Below are positions 1-13,225 of a stretch of 64,000 nt of DNA, in pieces. Positions within the stretch are counted from its first letter, which is position 1. Each line of letters opens with the position of its first letter. The position numbers were made by a program, and so were the translations under genes. The notes beneath the pieces were generated by a model. The model was not told the DNA's origin and ran no database searches. It worked only from the letters and a program-made list of their open reading frames with translations. The DNA lies in the NCBI RefSeq assembly GCF_009914755.1, contig NC_060937.1; one strand, given 5' to 3'. Origin of the DNA: the human T2T-CHM13v2.0 reference genome, Homo sapiens.

Positions 1-1598
1 ATTTGAGGAGTTCAATATTTTTAAAGAAAACTCGTAAAGATAAGTAACACTTGTGCAATAGAAATGATTTATATTTGCTATTTTTTATTTTCATAAGGAC
101 ACCACTAAAATAAAATGATTAAATTATAATTGTTTGCATGTATGTAATAAATCTATCCATAATAAAAGACATGCATAAAAAATATACACAATACAATCTA
201 CCAGCACAGATTAAAAGATTCCCTCTATTTCTGAAGAGGCTAAACCTTGGCAGAAGATACCAATCCACAAAAAAAATTAATAGAAAGCAAAAACTTATTT
301 TTATCTGTTCAAGATTCATATTCCTGTTCTTACCTAGGATTATTTCAGTAATAATAGACTTTTACTAAACCTGTTATACATGCTCATTGTGGATATCACA
401 ATAAGAAAAAGGAAAATAAATCACCCCTAATACAAATGTCCCAAAATAACAAAATTTTATCACATTTTGTGTATACTTTCAGCTACCACAAGACCATTCC
501 CTCTGTGTGTATGTATAATCAAATCGATTTTTTCTCACTTAATATACCAAAGTACATCTTCCCATGTCAACATACATCCATATCTATTGCCACCTTCAGA
601 AGTTACATATAATTTCATCCTATGGATGCACTGAAATTTATTTATAAAATCCTTTATTTGCCCTCTCCTTAATACATTGCTATTGGAAACAGTGCTGAGA
701 AAAACGAATTGTATGCATCTCTAATTATTTTCTGAAAATATTTTAGTATAATGGAATCAATGGGTAAAGGATACATACCTTTTTAAGAGTGATGTTCACC
801 ACCAAATTGTTTATTTAAAAAGTTAACAGCAACTTAAACTTTAAGCAGTGGTGTAAGTACTACTGATTTTCCAGATCACTAGTAGATTTGGAAAAAGTAC
901 TTTGACCAATTTTAAATTATAGTTCTTATTTCTTTAAAAAAAATTCTCTGTAAAAGGAAGATACATTTTTCATTGCAAATAATAAATGTCTATATTTATG
1001 TATATAATGTGAATATTTTGCAAGTATGTTGTCTTTTATTTTGTTAACTTTTTTCTGATGTAAGGGGAGTTTTAATTTTTGTTTTCTAAATCAACCTGCA
1101 GAATGCATTCATAGGAAGGTCTTTGTCAACATAAAAATGTATCTGTATAAATAGGCATTCGTGTTTTCTTCTGGCATTTTCTAATTTTGTATATTTAAGT
1201 TTTTACGCATATTCTATCAATAACTTATTTTTGTAACATAAAAATCTAGCTAGTTTTCTCCAGTTCACAGACATGTCATTTACAAATAACTCATCTTTCC
1301 ATACACATATGAAATGTCATCAGGATCAGGTTCTAAAATCTTACACATTTTTCAGTATGTGTGCATTTTTTATTCTGTTCCGCACATTTATCTGTCTTCT
1401 CATCTTTTAGTAAATGAAACCTAATATCACACTTTGATATATAGAAGGGCAAGTCTTTACTCTGTTATAAAAATTTTCTTAATGTCATCATAAGAGTAAA
1501 AGGTAGCATACGTAACCTAGAAATCTTAAAACCTTGATGCTTTTATTTGGTTTATCTAAAATGAATAGAGTTCACATCTCGAGAAAAATGAGTCTTCC

Positions 1599-2090
1599 CA
1601 CATGCACACGTATGTTGACTGCGGCATTATTCACAATTACAAAGACTTGGAACCAACCCAAATGTCCATAATGATAGACTGGATTAAGAAAATGTGGCAC
1701 ATATACACCACGGAATACTATGCAGCCATAAAAAAGGATGAGTTCATGTCCTTTGCAGGGACATGGATGAAGCTGGAAACCATCATTCTCAGCAAACTAT
1801 CACAAGATCAGAAAACCAAACACCACATGTTCTCACTCGTAAGTGGGAGTTGAACAATGAGAACACATGGACACAGGGAGGGGAACATCACACACCAGGG
1901 CCTGTCGGGGGGAGGGGGTGGGGGGCCAGGGGAGGGATAACATTAGGAGAAATACCTAATGTAGGTGACGGGTTGAGGGGTGCAGCAAACCACCACGGCA
2001 CGTGTATACCTATGTAACAAAACTGCACGTCCTGCGCATGTAATCCAGAACTTAAAGTATAATTTAAAAAAAAAAAGAAGAAAAAAAGAA
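1599..2090 (+). mobile_element. 5'-truncated L1PA (L1PA6/7-like): ORF2 C-terminus, 3'UTR and A-tail
   Basis: ORF2 tail peptide WIKKMWHIYTTEYYAAIKKDEFMSFAGTWMKLETIILSKL; L1 3'UTR ending CTTAAAGTATAAT plus A-rich tail; 17-bp TSD AGAAAAATGAGTCTTCC at 1582-1598 and 2091-2107. Confidence 0.95.
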
Positions 2091-2419
2091 AGAAAAATGA
2101 GTCTTCCTATTCAAGAACAGGGAACCATCCTCTCACTTCAAAAGATCCTTCTGAGGTCATTCATGAAATAACTTATTACTCAGGTGTAGGTGGATATAAA
2201 AGGGATATTAGATTTTATCCAAAGAATTTTTAGCCCAGAAGTTAATATAATATAGAAATTATTTTTCTCATGATGCTTGTTTCCATAACATATATAACAT
2301 TGTTTAAAATGTGTACAATAAAAATAAAAAGCTATGTTTCTTAATTTTTTTTAAAGCACTAAAACTTTCAGTAAAGTAACGGGAATTATGAGAGGATCGG
2401 ACCAGCTAAAGTTTTGTTT

Positions 2420-3100
2420 TCGTCGCGCTGCTCATAATGATGACCTTGAGGTTGCCACACCGGGTGCTGCGGGCTGCAGAGGGAACAAAGCCCAGCGCCC
2501 TCGGGGACAGGGGTGAGCCGGGAGCAGGAAAGGGGGCCTCACCCCGACCCGCCCTCCTCCCTCCCCTGCCGGGCTCCAGTTCCTATTACCTGTTCTTCTC
2601 GTCTCTGTCATCCACGCCACTCTTCGGCAGAGAAAGGATCCGCCGCATCGTCTCTGTCCGGTGTCGGCCGGCAGCTCTGTGGAGCCTGTCGAGCCCCTTG
2701 TCCGGGTCGTGGCGCCTGGGCTGGGAGGAGGCGTGGTCCTCACTCTCACTCCCGGCGCCCGCGCCCACCTTCCCGGGGCTGCTGACCGAGCCCCAGGGCA
2801 GCTCGCCCTTCCCCCTCCTGAAGCCCGAGGTCTTCTTCATGGCTCCGTCTACCGGCTTCGGAGACCCGCTGGACTTTCCGCCGCCTCCGGAACCCTATAT
2901 GAGGAAGCAAATCGCGTCCGCCACAGCCTCCAACCAGGAAACTCCGCGACTCTCAGCCCCTCAGAAGAGAAACGGAGACGCGCCAAGCAAAGCCGTTACA
3001 CGGACTGTGCACGCGCCTCCGGTGTCCCTGCGCGTGACACAAATTTGGCCCCGAGGGAGCTCCGTGTGCTCAGCCTCAGAGCCGTAGGCGAGAGCGCCTG
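2420..3100. promoter_or_regulatory. CpG island, probable bidirectional promoter
   Basis: Abrupt shift from AT-rich to GC/CpG-rich sequence; contains the ATG-bearing first exon on the minus strand and ETS-like (CCGGAA, AGGAAG) motifs at ~2887-2907. Confidence 0.8.
2590..2840 (-). pseudogene. ANKRD26P3: Coding part of exon 1 of an ANKRD26-family paralog (probably ANKRD26P3); the rest of the gene lies left of the window
   Basis: Translation MKKTSGFRRGKGELPWGS...SQPRRHDPDKGLDRLHRAAG...RILSLPKSGVDDRDEKNR resembles the ANKRD26 N-terminus (MKKIFSKKGESPLGS...DRDKMNR); ends at canonical donor AACAG|GTAATAG (GT at 2589-2588). Paralog number inferred from recalled synteny. Confidence 0.8.
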
Positions 3101-4750
3101 TCTGCATGAGTGAGCATATGGGTGTTTTTGAGTCTGTGGGTGTCACAGAGGAGATCAGGAGCTGCCTGCTCACAGGCACTTTGGGACCGTGAAAGAAAAG
3201 GCTGTGCCGAGAGAGTTCTTCCAGTCAGAGGTTTGGGAATGGGGGAGAAGGGAGTGCCCGGAATCCCGACCTCAGAACTGAGCCTCCGAAGTGGGAAACA
3301 GTGGCTCCCCCACAAGCTCAAGGGCCAGGCAGGTGCATCCACCCTGCCTTGCATGGCCCAGGTGTGAGCCGGTGGGCAGAGGGGTGGCCCTGGGTCCAGC
3401 TGAGAAGGCTCCCGGGATTGACAGGGGTTGGGGTTGGGGAGTTCTGCCTTCCTGCGTGGCCCAGTGCTGGGAGGGGTAAGGGATGAGGGCAGGGGTCCTA
3501 TCGCTGGGCTCTGACCCCTCAGGCCACTCAGACCCTGCCCATGTGGGCACTCAGGGGTCAGGTGTTCTTAGAGGGAACTAAGCTGGGCAGGGTCACCGTC
3601 CCCTTCTGCAGAGGAGGAAGCTGAGGCCCACGAGGTAAACAGTGGGCTGGGAGTGGGCCTGGTAGACCCCAATCCCAGCCCATGGAGACCAACTACTGAG
3701 GGAGCACTACAAACGCCCCTTAACGGCTGGATCCCCCAGTTTTCATGCAATGGGGTCTACACTGACCCTGGGGTCTCACTGGGAGAGAGCAGGAGGTGGC
3801 TTGAGGCTGGGCATGGGTGGCCACGGGGGCATGGACTGGCTGACCCCTGTGCATTGACCACACTCTCCATCCCCCAGGTGTCATGAAGACTGGACATGGG
3901 CCTATCAGGGCCATGGGCATGATGTCAGCCAAGGAACTCGCGGCCTGCCTCTGCCAAGAGACCAGCATCTCGGCCTGAGCACTCCCAGCCTCGCATCGCC
4001 TTCAACCTGGCTGCATTCAGCTGCCATGCCCCTACCTCCTTGTGTGGTCAGCACCCTCCAGGACTTCATCTTGGGTCACCCAAAGGCCGAGGACATTGCT
4101 GGCCAGCAGGAAATTCATGGTGCATCCAGGAAGACTTCCAAGAGGTGGTGGAGCAGGGGGCGCCACACCCAGACAGCTGTGTGTAATTGCGCAGCTGCGG
4201 GCTGCTGCGGGTGCTGGCCGGCAGTGCATTCTGGGCACACTGGACTGTGTCACCGCATGCAGGCTGTGGCCGGAGGGGGAACTGCTGGCCGCCAAGGCCT
4301 ATGTGCCTGGAAACCAGCAGGGCTGCTGCAGGAGGAGGGCTGCAGAATGCTCCAGCTCAGACCTGACTCAGGGTTTTAGAGGGCATAGGGCATAAGGCTG
4401 TGGACATAGACAGCCCTACTGCGCAGGAAGAGCATAAACCAGCCGGAGGGCATGCATGTGGGCTGCTGTTAGATTCTGTTCTCCTTTGAGGTAGGGAAGG
4501 ATGTGTTTCTATTTTATGGATGAGCAAACTGAGGCAGAGTGCTGGAGTGATTTCCCCCAGCAACGATGGCAGATTTAGCTCCAGGGCTTAGATTTTAGGA
4601 TCCTCCCTCTCAAATACCATGATGTATCATGGGCTTTCTCTCCACAGAAAATTAGAAACTCAGAAATGGAAAGGGAACAATGAAACTTACCCATTCTCCC
4701 ACTGCTCACATTTCCTTCTGGTTTTTTTGCGTGTGCATATAAAATATATC
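3050..4750 (+). ncRNA. Possible divergent lncRNA region downstream of the CpG island (LINC00421-like position)
   Basis: Recalled synteny plus GC-rich, largely non-repeat sequence with a candidate acceptor (CCCCCAG|G at ~3878); boundaries not determinable from sequence. Confidence 0.3.
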
Positions 4751-5255
4751 TCAGAAAATTGAGTTTGTGCTGTGGATGCCATTTATATCCTACCTTTTAT
4801 ACTCAATAGATCATGAAAATCCCCTTTGTTGCTAATTATATTTCCTGGCAGCCCCATGGCCCATCCTATGCACGTGCTGTTATTCCTTCGGAGAGTCCTA
4901 GATTTTTGCTCTTAGTTGTAACACATCAGGAGTGACATCCTGTCTCCACGATGTTTTCTCCTTAAGATGGAGACAGATATAGCGCTCCTGGATCAGAGAG
5001 CACTGCCACCTGTAGGATCCTTGACTTCAGGAGCTGTCCCCCTAACCATCTGGTCACCTCTCATCCTCCACCCAGCTCTGATGCTCACTGCAAATTGTTT
5101 GCCAACCTAACGGGTGAACCCTCAGCTGTTCTGATGAGTACTCCTCTGACTGCTGGAAGGTGACAGGAAGGAGTTTTAGCAACATTAAAACCACTGAGAC
5201 TGGGGATTTGGGGGCATCATTAATGTCAGCCCCCTCCCCACCAAGTGCGCGCCCG

Positions 5256-5278
5256 CACACACACACACACACACACAC
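5256..5278. repeat. (CA)n microsatellite
   Basis: Pure CA run after GCGCGCCCG. Confidence 0.9.
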
Positions 5279-7144
5279 TCTTATTCTGCCTCCCAGGTGC
5301 TTAATTTGTATGGCTTTGGTTTGCTAGTGAGGAAGAACTTTCTTCTTTCTTTTATGTGATTTGAGGCCATTATATTTGTATCTGGAAATTGTTAAAATTG
5401 AGGCTCTGTCTCCTTTTCCCAGTGAGAATTCATGAGCATTCCCAACATTCCCACGTGGAGACAGACACATGCCACTTGTAGCCCCTGTGTTACCTTGTTC
5501 TGCCTACAAACACACCCGTGGGTCCAGAGCCCAGCAAGGCCATATTGCTAATCCAAATTTTTGTGGAAAAGGAAACTGATGCAGGATCTGCCCAGGGTCA
5601 GCCCTGCTGTTGAGCATCTGTGTAACCTCAATTCTGTCATCTGTAAAGTGCCTCCCTGACAGGGCAATGGAGAGATTGAGGGGAATGTAGGGTCGATGGC
5701 TGCACCCTGGGAAGTGCAGCTGTGGGTTCTGGGGATGGCATGGCGTGGGGGTCCCTCCAAAGGGACACAGGTCTCTGCAGTCCTGTGGGAAGGAAGCTAC
5801 CCAGGCCAGGTGCATAGGGACAGGATTTACCTTGGCCCAATCAGCTGGGTAGGTGAGGCGGTGTGGGGAAGGGGCCAGCCCATCCTGAGCAACTCTCCCC
5901 ACAGGGAAGCCCCACGGCATGCACCAGCTGGCCACACTGCCAATGAGTTGGATGTGGAGGACGTATCGCACCTTCTGGTGGCCAACACCCTGGTGGCCAC
6001 CTGGATGAGGCCCACAAGTCCCTGCTGGTAGCCCTCTCCTGAGGACTCAGATGGCCCCGTGCTGGCCCTGCTGGCCTTGCTGCGGCTGGGGAGAGGCTGC
6101 TTCTACGATGCCAACCCAGGTGGGCTGCAGAGGGCAGGTAGCAGCGGGACTCTTCTCTGAGGAGGGCACAGGCCTTCCGTGGCCCTTGCTCTCCACCCCA
6201 CAACCTGGGCTTTGGAGCAAGCAAACCTTGTTCAGCCCTAGTTCTGCCACCTGCCACAGGATCTCACCTCTTTGACCTTCAGTCTCCTCATCTGTGTCCT
6301 GGTCTTTCGGGTTGTCATGGAAATTAGCTGGAGCAGGTACCCCAGGGCCCAGCAGGTTTCCTGCATACAGTAAGTGCTTTGTATTTGTTTTTGCTGTGGT
6401 TCCGATGATATCGGTGAAGGTTTTTGTTTGTGTGTTTTTGTCCCTATGCCCTTCCATACTACACTGCTTTTCAGGTGAAAGAGGCTATATGTATTTTACA
6501 TGTTGTACATTACAAGAAAACTCAGAAGAATTCTTTTTACAAAAGGCCCAATTCAATTGTATGAAAAGCATCTAAGAAGACAGTATAAATTATTGTGACA
6601 GTATAATTAAAACTGGAAAGAAGTCCTCACATTAAGAGTTATTCCTATATATCACAATGCTATAGATAGTGATACTGTTTCTCTGTACAAAAAGTATGAG
6701 GCAAAAGCTTATGCAGAGCCCTTGACTTTCCCGCCTCTAAGCTAGAACATCTCCAGCTCCTTCGCTCGTGATGTGCCGACTCTCAGAAACTCATTCTGAT
6801 CCTGTGCGCTTTGTACTCTTCAAGAAGAAAGTGCCAATTGAAAATTGTATGGCCATCAGTGAGTTTCAAATAATAACAGATGAGAATTCTCCTGATATGC
6901 CTATTAAAATAGAATTAGAGTATGTTCTCACTATCTTATAATGTTATATCTTCCTCTTAAAATGTTATACCTTCCTCTTATAATATTATACCTTCCTTTT
7001 TTCCCACTGGATTATCCTTAAATCACCAAAATTATAACTAATTTAAGGATATATTTATGAATCTTAACAATTCCAGCACTTAGGTTAACTAATTATAATA
7101 AGCCTTTGGGCAGTAAACAAGTGCGTTGTTTGCTTTAATTCTAG

Positions 7145-7209
7145 AAGTGAAAACGGAAGGTCTATGCCCGGGCAATGCCACAGAGGAGGAAGACACTGGA
7201 ACTCACTGA
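7145..7209 (+). pseudogene. PARP4 exon 4 equivalent, 2-nt deletion (frameshift)
   Basis: ctag|AAGTGAAAACGGAAGGT = VKTEGLCPGNATEEEDT, then ACT-G-GAA-CTC-ACT-GA (parent T-V-E-L-T-E); donor GTAATT. Confidence 0.9.
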
Positions 7210-8151
7210 GTAATTTACTTCTTTCTGATCCCTAGGACTCTATAGAGTTTGCAAAATCTTGTGTAAACCTCAAGCACAGTATTAAAATTCTATCTGTAGA
7301 CTTTTTCATATTTTAATTTATTTTGCATATCTAACTCTTTAGTGATTTTTTATTTGAGTCTTTTTACTTCAACTAGCATAGTGATCATTATTTTAAATTC
7401 TCAGTATTAAATGAGATTGGGTGCAATTATTAGATTAATTGATTTTTGAAAAGAAAAACCAGTGGGTTTTTTTTTTAAAAAAAAAACATCTATTTTCATC
7501 CCATTACTTTACTGAGCAGCCCTTAGAGTAAAGACAGTTTGTTACTTTTGCCTGATATTTTCAAAAATGGAAATAACAACAGCCTTCCTCAAATGGAGTA
7601 TGGGAGTCTAAAGTTCTGTATGGCTTCTTAAAGCATATCCAAAACATCAGGTTCATTAGGCATCACATTCAATCTTGTTATATTTGTTAATAATAGTGTT
7701 TAAAGAGAAGAAAATCCAAAATGAAAAGTACAAATTATGAGAAGTCTGACTCCTTTATTTTAGAGAGGAATGGACTGTGGTCTGAGAGGAGTGACATAGC
7801 TTCTAAGAGTCAGATCCAAAGCAAACACAAGTAGCCCATCCCCAGAGTGTGCGGCCCGCTTCTTTCTGCCTCTGCCGCGTGGAGACCATCTTCCAGTGCA
7901 GATGCTACAGTCCTGGGTATCTGAGCTAGAGATTATGCAGAGGAGGCATCCAGCTCATTTCAAATGATCTTTTAACAATTTCTGAAACAGCTAAGGAGGC
8001 CTTAGGGACTTACCATGTGGACTTACCATGTGTTTTGTAAGGAATCTATCATGTATTTTGTAAAGATGTACAAGAAAAAATTTATGAAATTCTGTTTAGC
8101 CTAAAATTCATTTAATGTTAAAATTTTAATTATATGCTGTACAAATTTCAG

Positions 8152-8227
8152 GTTTGGTACACAGAATGTTGAAATTCCTCATCTTCCTCAAGATTTTGAA
8201 GTTGCAAAATATAACACCTTGGAGAAA
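8152..8227 (+). pseudogene. PARP4 exon 5 equivalent
   Basis: ttcag|G...FGTQNVEIPHLPQDFEVAKYNTLEK|gtaaga; 76 nt. Confidence 0.93.
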
Positions 8228-8370
8228 GTAAGAATCTGATTTCTAGTTAGCAAAAAAAAAAAACACACCTGTTTGACTGTCTTCTGAGTGTTTTTCCTAT
8301 TTGATATTTTCTCATTGTTTTGAAAAATTACGCATATCCTGAATATCATATATTCCTTAAAATATGAGTT

Positions 8371-8374
8371 GATT

Positions 8375-8405
<31 letters not shown>

Positions 8406-8523
8406 TTTTTGTGGAGACAAAGTCTCACTATGTTGCTGGTCTCGAACTCCTGGGCTCAAGCCATCCTCCCTCCTTAGCCTCCCAAAGTGCTAGGATTACA
8501 GGCGTGAGCCACTGTGCCCGGAC
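8371..8523 (-). mobile_element. FLAM/Alu left monomer with (ATTT)n tail
   Basis: Reverse-strand Alu left-arm sequence ...CCCAAAGTGCTAGGATTACAGGCGTGAGCC. Confidence 0.85.
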
Positions 8524-8827
8524 CTGATTTTTAACAGCCAAGAAAATGTTTATGTTTAGAATTTAATGTTTAAATTTTTAGTATTTATATTATAAAAGAA
8601 ATGCATGCTCATAGCAAAAATTTTAAATAGTATAAAATATCAATATGGCATTAAAAATAAAAGTCCTCTTCCCTGTTATTAACATCTTCTTGTATTTGGG
8701 AAGGGAAGGTTTGACACTAAGTATTTACGCTATGTTGCATTTCCATTCCTTTTGCATTAGAAAGAAAAACAAAATCCCTTTTTTTTTTCTTTTTCACAAA
8801 GTCATGCAAATGAAAATCAACACTAGT

Positions 8828-8965
8828 GTCTGGTGTGGCATCACTCGCCTATAGTTCCAGCTACTTAGGGGGCTGAGGCAGGTGGATCTCTCGAGCCCAG
8901 GAGTTTGAGACCACCCGTTTGAGGCCACCCTGGGCAATATGGCAAGACCTCTGTCTCTAAAATAT
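8828..8965 (+). mobile_element. FLAM_A-like Alu monomer
   Basis: GCCTATAGTTCCAGCTACTTAGGGGGCTGAGGCAGG...GAGCCCAGGAGTTTGAGACC. Confidence 0.8.
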
Positions 8966-9348
8966 ATAGAGAGATATAAATCGACACTAGCCTTCAAAGT
9001 GATGTTCCATTTGTATTTTTAGGTATGTTAATAAAACATAATTTGAAAATAACATTTCCCTCATTGATAAAGAAAACATGAAAAATGGTACGGCATAAAC
9101 ATATACAGATCTATTTATGGGATGGTAAAAATACAGGAGGGAAATGTACCAAAATATTAATAGTGATTGTATTGCTGTCATAGGATTTTAGGTGATTTTA
9201 ATTTTCTTCTTGATACTTTTCTGTATTTTCTAAATTATATCTCTAAATGAACATATATTATTTTATAATTATAATGAACATTTTCAAATGGCACATGTAG
9301 TTTGATGTTTCCCAAGTGCAGCTTCTGAAAGCACATCCTATTTTCCAG

Positions 9349-9462
9349 GTGGGAATGGAGGGAGGCCAGGAAGCTGTGGTTGTGGAACTGCAGTGTTCGC
9401 AGGACTCCAGGGACTGTCCTTTCCTGATATCCTCACACTTCCTCCTGGATGATGGCATGCAG
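9349..9462 (+). pseudogene. PARP4 exon 6 equivalent
   Basis: VGMEGGQEAVVVELQCSQDSRDCPFLISSHFLLDDGMQ, ccag|...|gtaatg; 114 nt. Confidence 0.93.
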
Positions 9463-9561
9463 GTAATGCTGTTTATATTGAGTCCTATGTGTTTATTCAC
9501 CTCTGTTCATAACTCGTTTCAATGAACCAGCCAGCCTCCCAACCTTTTTCTTCTTACCTGG

Positions 9562-9948
9562 TGTCTTAGCTCAGGCTGCTGTTAATAAATGCAACAGGCT
9601 GGGGAGCTTAAACAACAGACATTTATTTCTCACAGTGCTAAAGGCTGGAAGCCAAGGTCAAAGCGCAGCAGGGTTGATTTCCTCTGAGGTGAGGCCTCTC
9701 TCTTTGGCTTACAGACGGCTGCCTTCTTGCTGTGTCCTCACATGATCTTCTACCTGTGGGTGTCTGTGTCCTCATCTCTTCACATGAGGATAGCAGTCAT
9801 ATTGGATCAGGGCCCACCCCTATGATCTCACTTAATTAATTAATTACCTCTTTAAGGGCTCTATTTCCAAACACAGTCCCATTGTTGAGGTCCTGGGAGT
9901 TAGGACTTCAGGATATGCATTTTGTAGGGGTACAGTTCAGCCCTAACA
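9562..9948 (-). mobile_element. Solo MaLR LTR (MLT1A/B-like)
   Basis: TG...CA ends; MaLR motif CTTAAACAACAGACATTTATTTCTCACAG; 5-bp TSD CCTGG at 9557-9561 and 9949-9953. Confidence 0.88.
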
Positions 9949-10479
9949 CCTGGTAAATAATTTTGCAAAGGGGAAATGTGTTCTCTTTTGGAGTATGGGA
10001 GGTGGGGACCTCACCCCCTGAGTAGATCAGCACAGGGTCCCACTAGGAGGGAATGTTTAATGGGTGCAGGGTGTATAGCATTTTTGTTCTTGTTCCACAT
10101 CACTTATGGGATATTTTCCTAATATTTACACCTCTGAAAGCATTCCACTGATACACTTCATTAAGCACCTGCTATATACCAAGCAATCGACTAGGGCTGA
10201 CACTCAAAGATGAAAATAGCTTCACACCCTGGCCTCAGAGATCACTGTCTAGAAAGAAATAACACTCATCATTACAATCCACTGTGATACTTCCAATCCT
10301 GAATATATATATATGAGATATTGAGGGCTCAAGGTCACAGAGCCCTGGGAACAATAAGGGAGGCTTTGCAGAGGCCATGACCTTTGCCTTAGGTCAGTAT
10401 CAGTTTAAGAGCACAGTTCCAATCTAAAATAATCATGAAACAAAAATAAATTTAGAATTAATGCCTGAAGTTCAAATAA

Positions 10480-10833
<354 letters not shown>

Positions 10834-11378
10834 CTACAGATCTATCTCGGGCCAGGAAACAGTCACTTCTCTGTGGGAGTGGCCCTCACAGAGGCCCACA
10901 CAGGCTCCAGGAGCTTTTCCCTTTGTTCCCACTCTGAGTGTCAGCTCAGGTACAAGAGAAAGAGACTCACGTCAGGTGGATGTGAGATCCACTTGGCTTG
11001 GAAGCCCTACCCCACAAGAGCCCATAGCTCTTGTAACATTGTCTTAGGTTCCAGATGCCCTCAAGGGACATACCCAATTATATGAGTCACTGCTCTCTGA
11101 CAAGCCCAAAGCTTGGGTTTCCCACCATTGAACCCCCTGTCTCAATGCAATTTATCAATGAGAGGCCACAATTACATAAGCAATTTTGCCTACTATTACA
11201 GCTGACATGCCATCTTTATCAGATTTCCATGGGAACAGAGCTAGAAAGCTAATCCATGGTCAAATGTGTCCAAGAAGGAGAAAGGGTTTTGTTACCCTTG
11301 TACCCTGAAATGCATACTGGATTTTGTGGAGGATTTAGTTGTTTAGGTAAGAAGTAAGTAAAAACGAAGGTGAAAAAC

Positions 11379-11943
11379 ATGATAGAATGTGTGATTGTTT
11401 TCTTCATTGAGAAAGAAAACCGTAGCATCGTGTAGGCCAGGACATCCCTCAGGGTGCCTTCCTCCCTTAGCGAGCCCGAGTCTGTGTAGAGATGATAGAA
11501 TGTGTCGTTGTTTTCTTCATTGAGAAAGAAAACCGTAGCATCGTGTGGGCCAGGACATCCCTCAGGGTGCCTTCCTCCCTTAGCGAGCCCGAGTCTGTGT
11601 AGAGATGATAGAATGTGTCGTTGTTTTCTTCATTGAGAAAGAAAACCGTAGCATCGTGTAGGCCAGGACATCCCTCAGGGTGCCTTCCTCCCTTAGCGAG
11701 CCCGAGTCTGTGTAGAGATGATAGAATGTGTCGTTGTTTTCTTCATTGAGAAAGAAAACCGTAGCATCGTGTAGGCCAGGACATCCCTCAGGGTGCCTTC
11801 CTCCCTTAGCGAGCCCGAGTCTGTGTAGAGATGATAGAATGTGTCGTTGTTTTCTTCATTGAGAAAGAAAACCGTAGCATCATGTAGGCCAGGACATCCC
11901 TCAGGGTGCCTTCCTCCCTTAGCAAGCCCGAGTCTGTGTAGAG
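11379..11943. repeat. Minisatellite/VNTR, 5 x 113 bp
   Basis: Units start ATGATAGAATGTGT at 11379, 11492, 11605, 11718, 11831; 0-2 substitutions per unit; no spacers. Confidence 0.97.
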
Positions 11944-12249
11944 CACCCCCTGGGTGAGCCTGGTTTGCTGAGCAGAGAAGCCTGTCCACCTTGATAGCAG
12001 TGAGCCTCAGTCCACCGTTCTGCTGAAGAGGATTTTCCAGCCTGCCCTTCTGCTTAATAAAACCATTTTGATGGGAATCTTCCAAAATTACGTTAAACTC
12101 TACCTTCTTAAATGGAGTGACTTCAACAGGCACTTCTTTTTTCCAAGTTTCAGAGGTGTCCTGCAGCCCCCCTATCTGGGAGGGTGGTTTATGGGTATCC
12201 CGAGTAGTGTGGCTTCCCAGGGCTATGATTTCTTTTTAATGGAAACTTA

Positions 12250-13225
<976 letters not shown>

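Noticed and set aside
1-1580. Further ANKRD26P exons on the minus strand
   Set aside because: AT-rich, old-L1-like intronic sequence; no ankyrin-repeat (TALHLAC-type) coding segment found
1905-1940. G-quadruplex-like G-run cluster
   Set aside because: Normal polypurine tract of the L1 3'UTR
2437-3113. 216-aa and 150-aa plus-strand ORFs
   Set aside because: Antisense to ANKRD26P exon 1 in a stop-poor CpG island; no recognisable domain
11379-11943. CRISPR-like array, or the 146-aa minus-strand ORF through it
   Set aside because: Units are contiguous with no unique spacers, there are no cas genes and the context is primate; the ORF is a by-product of a 113-bp period
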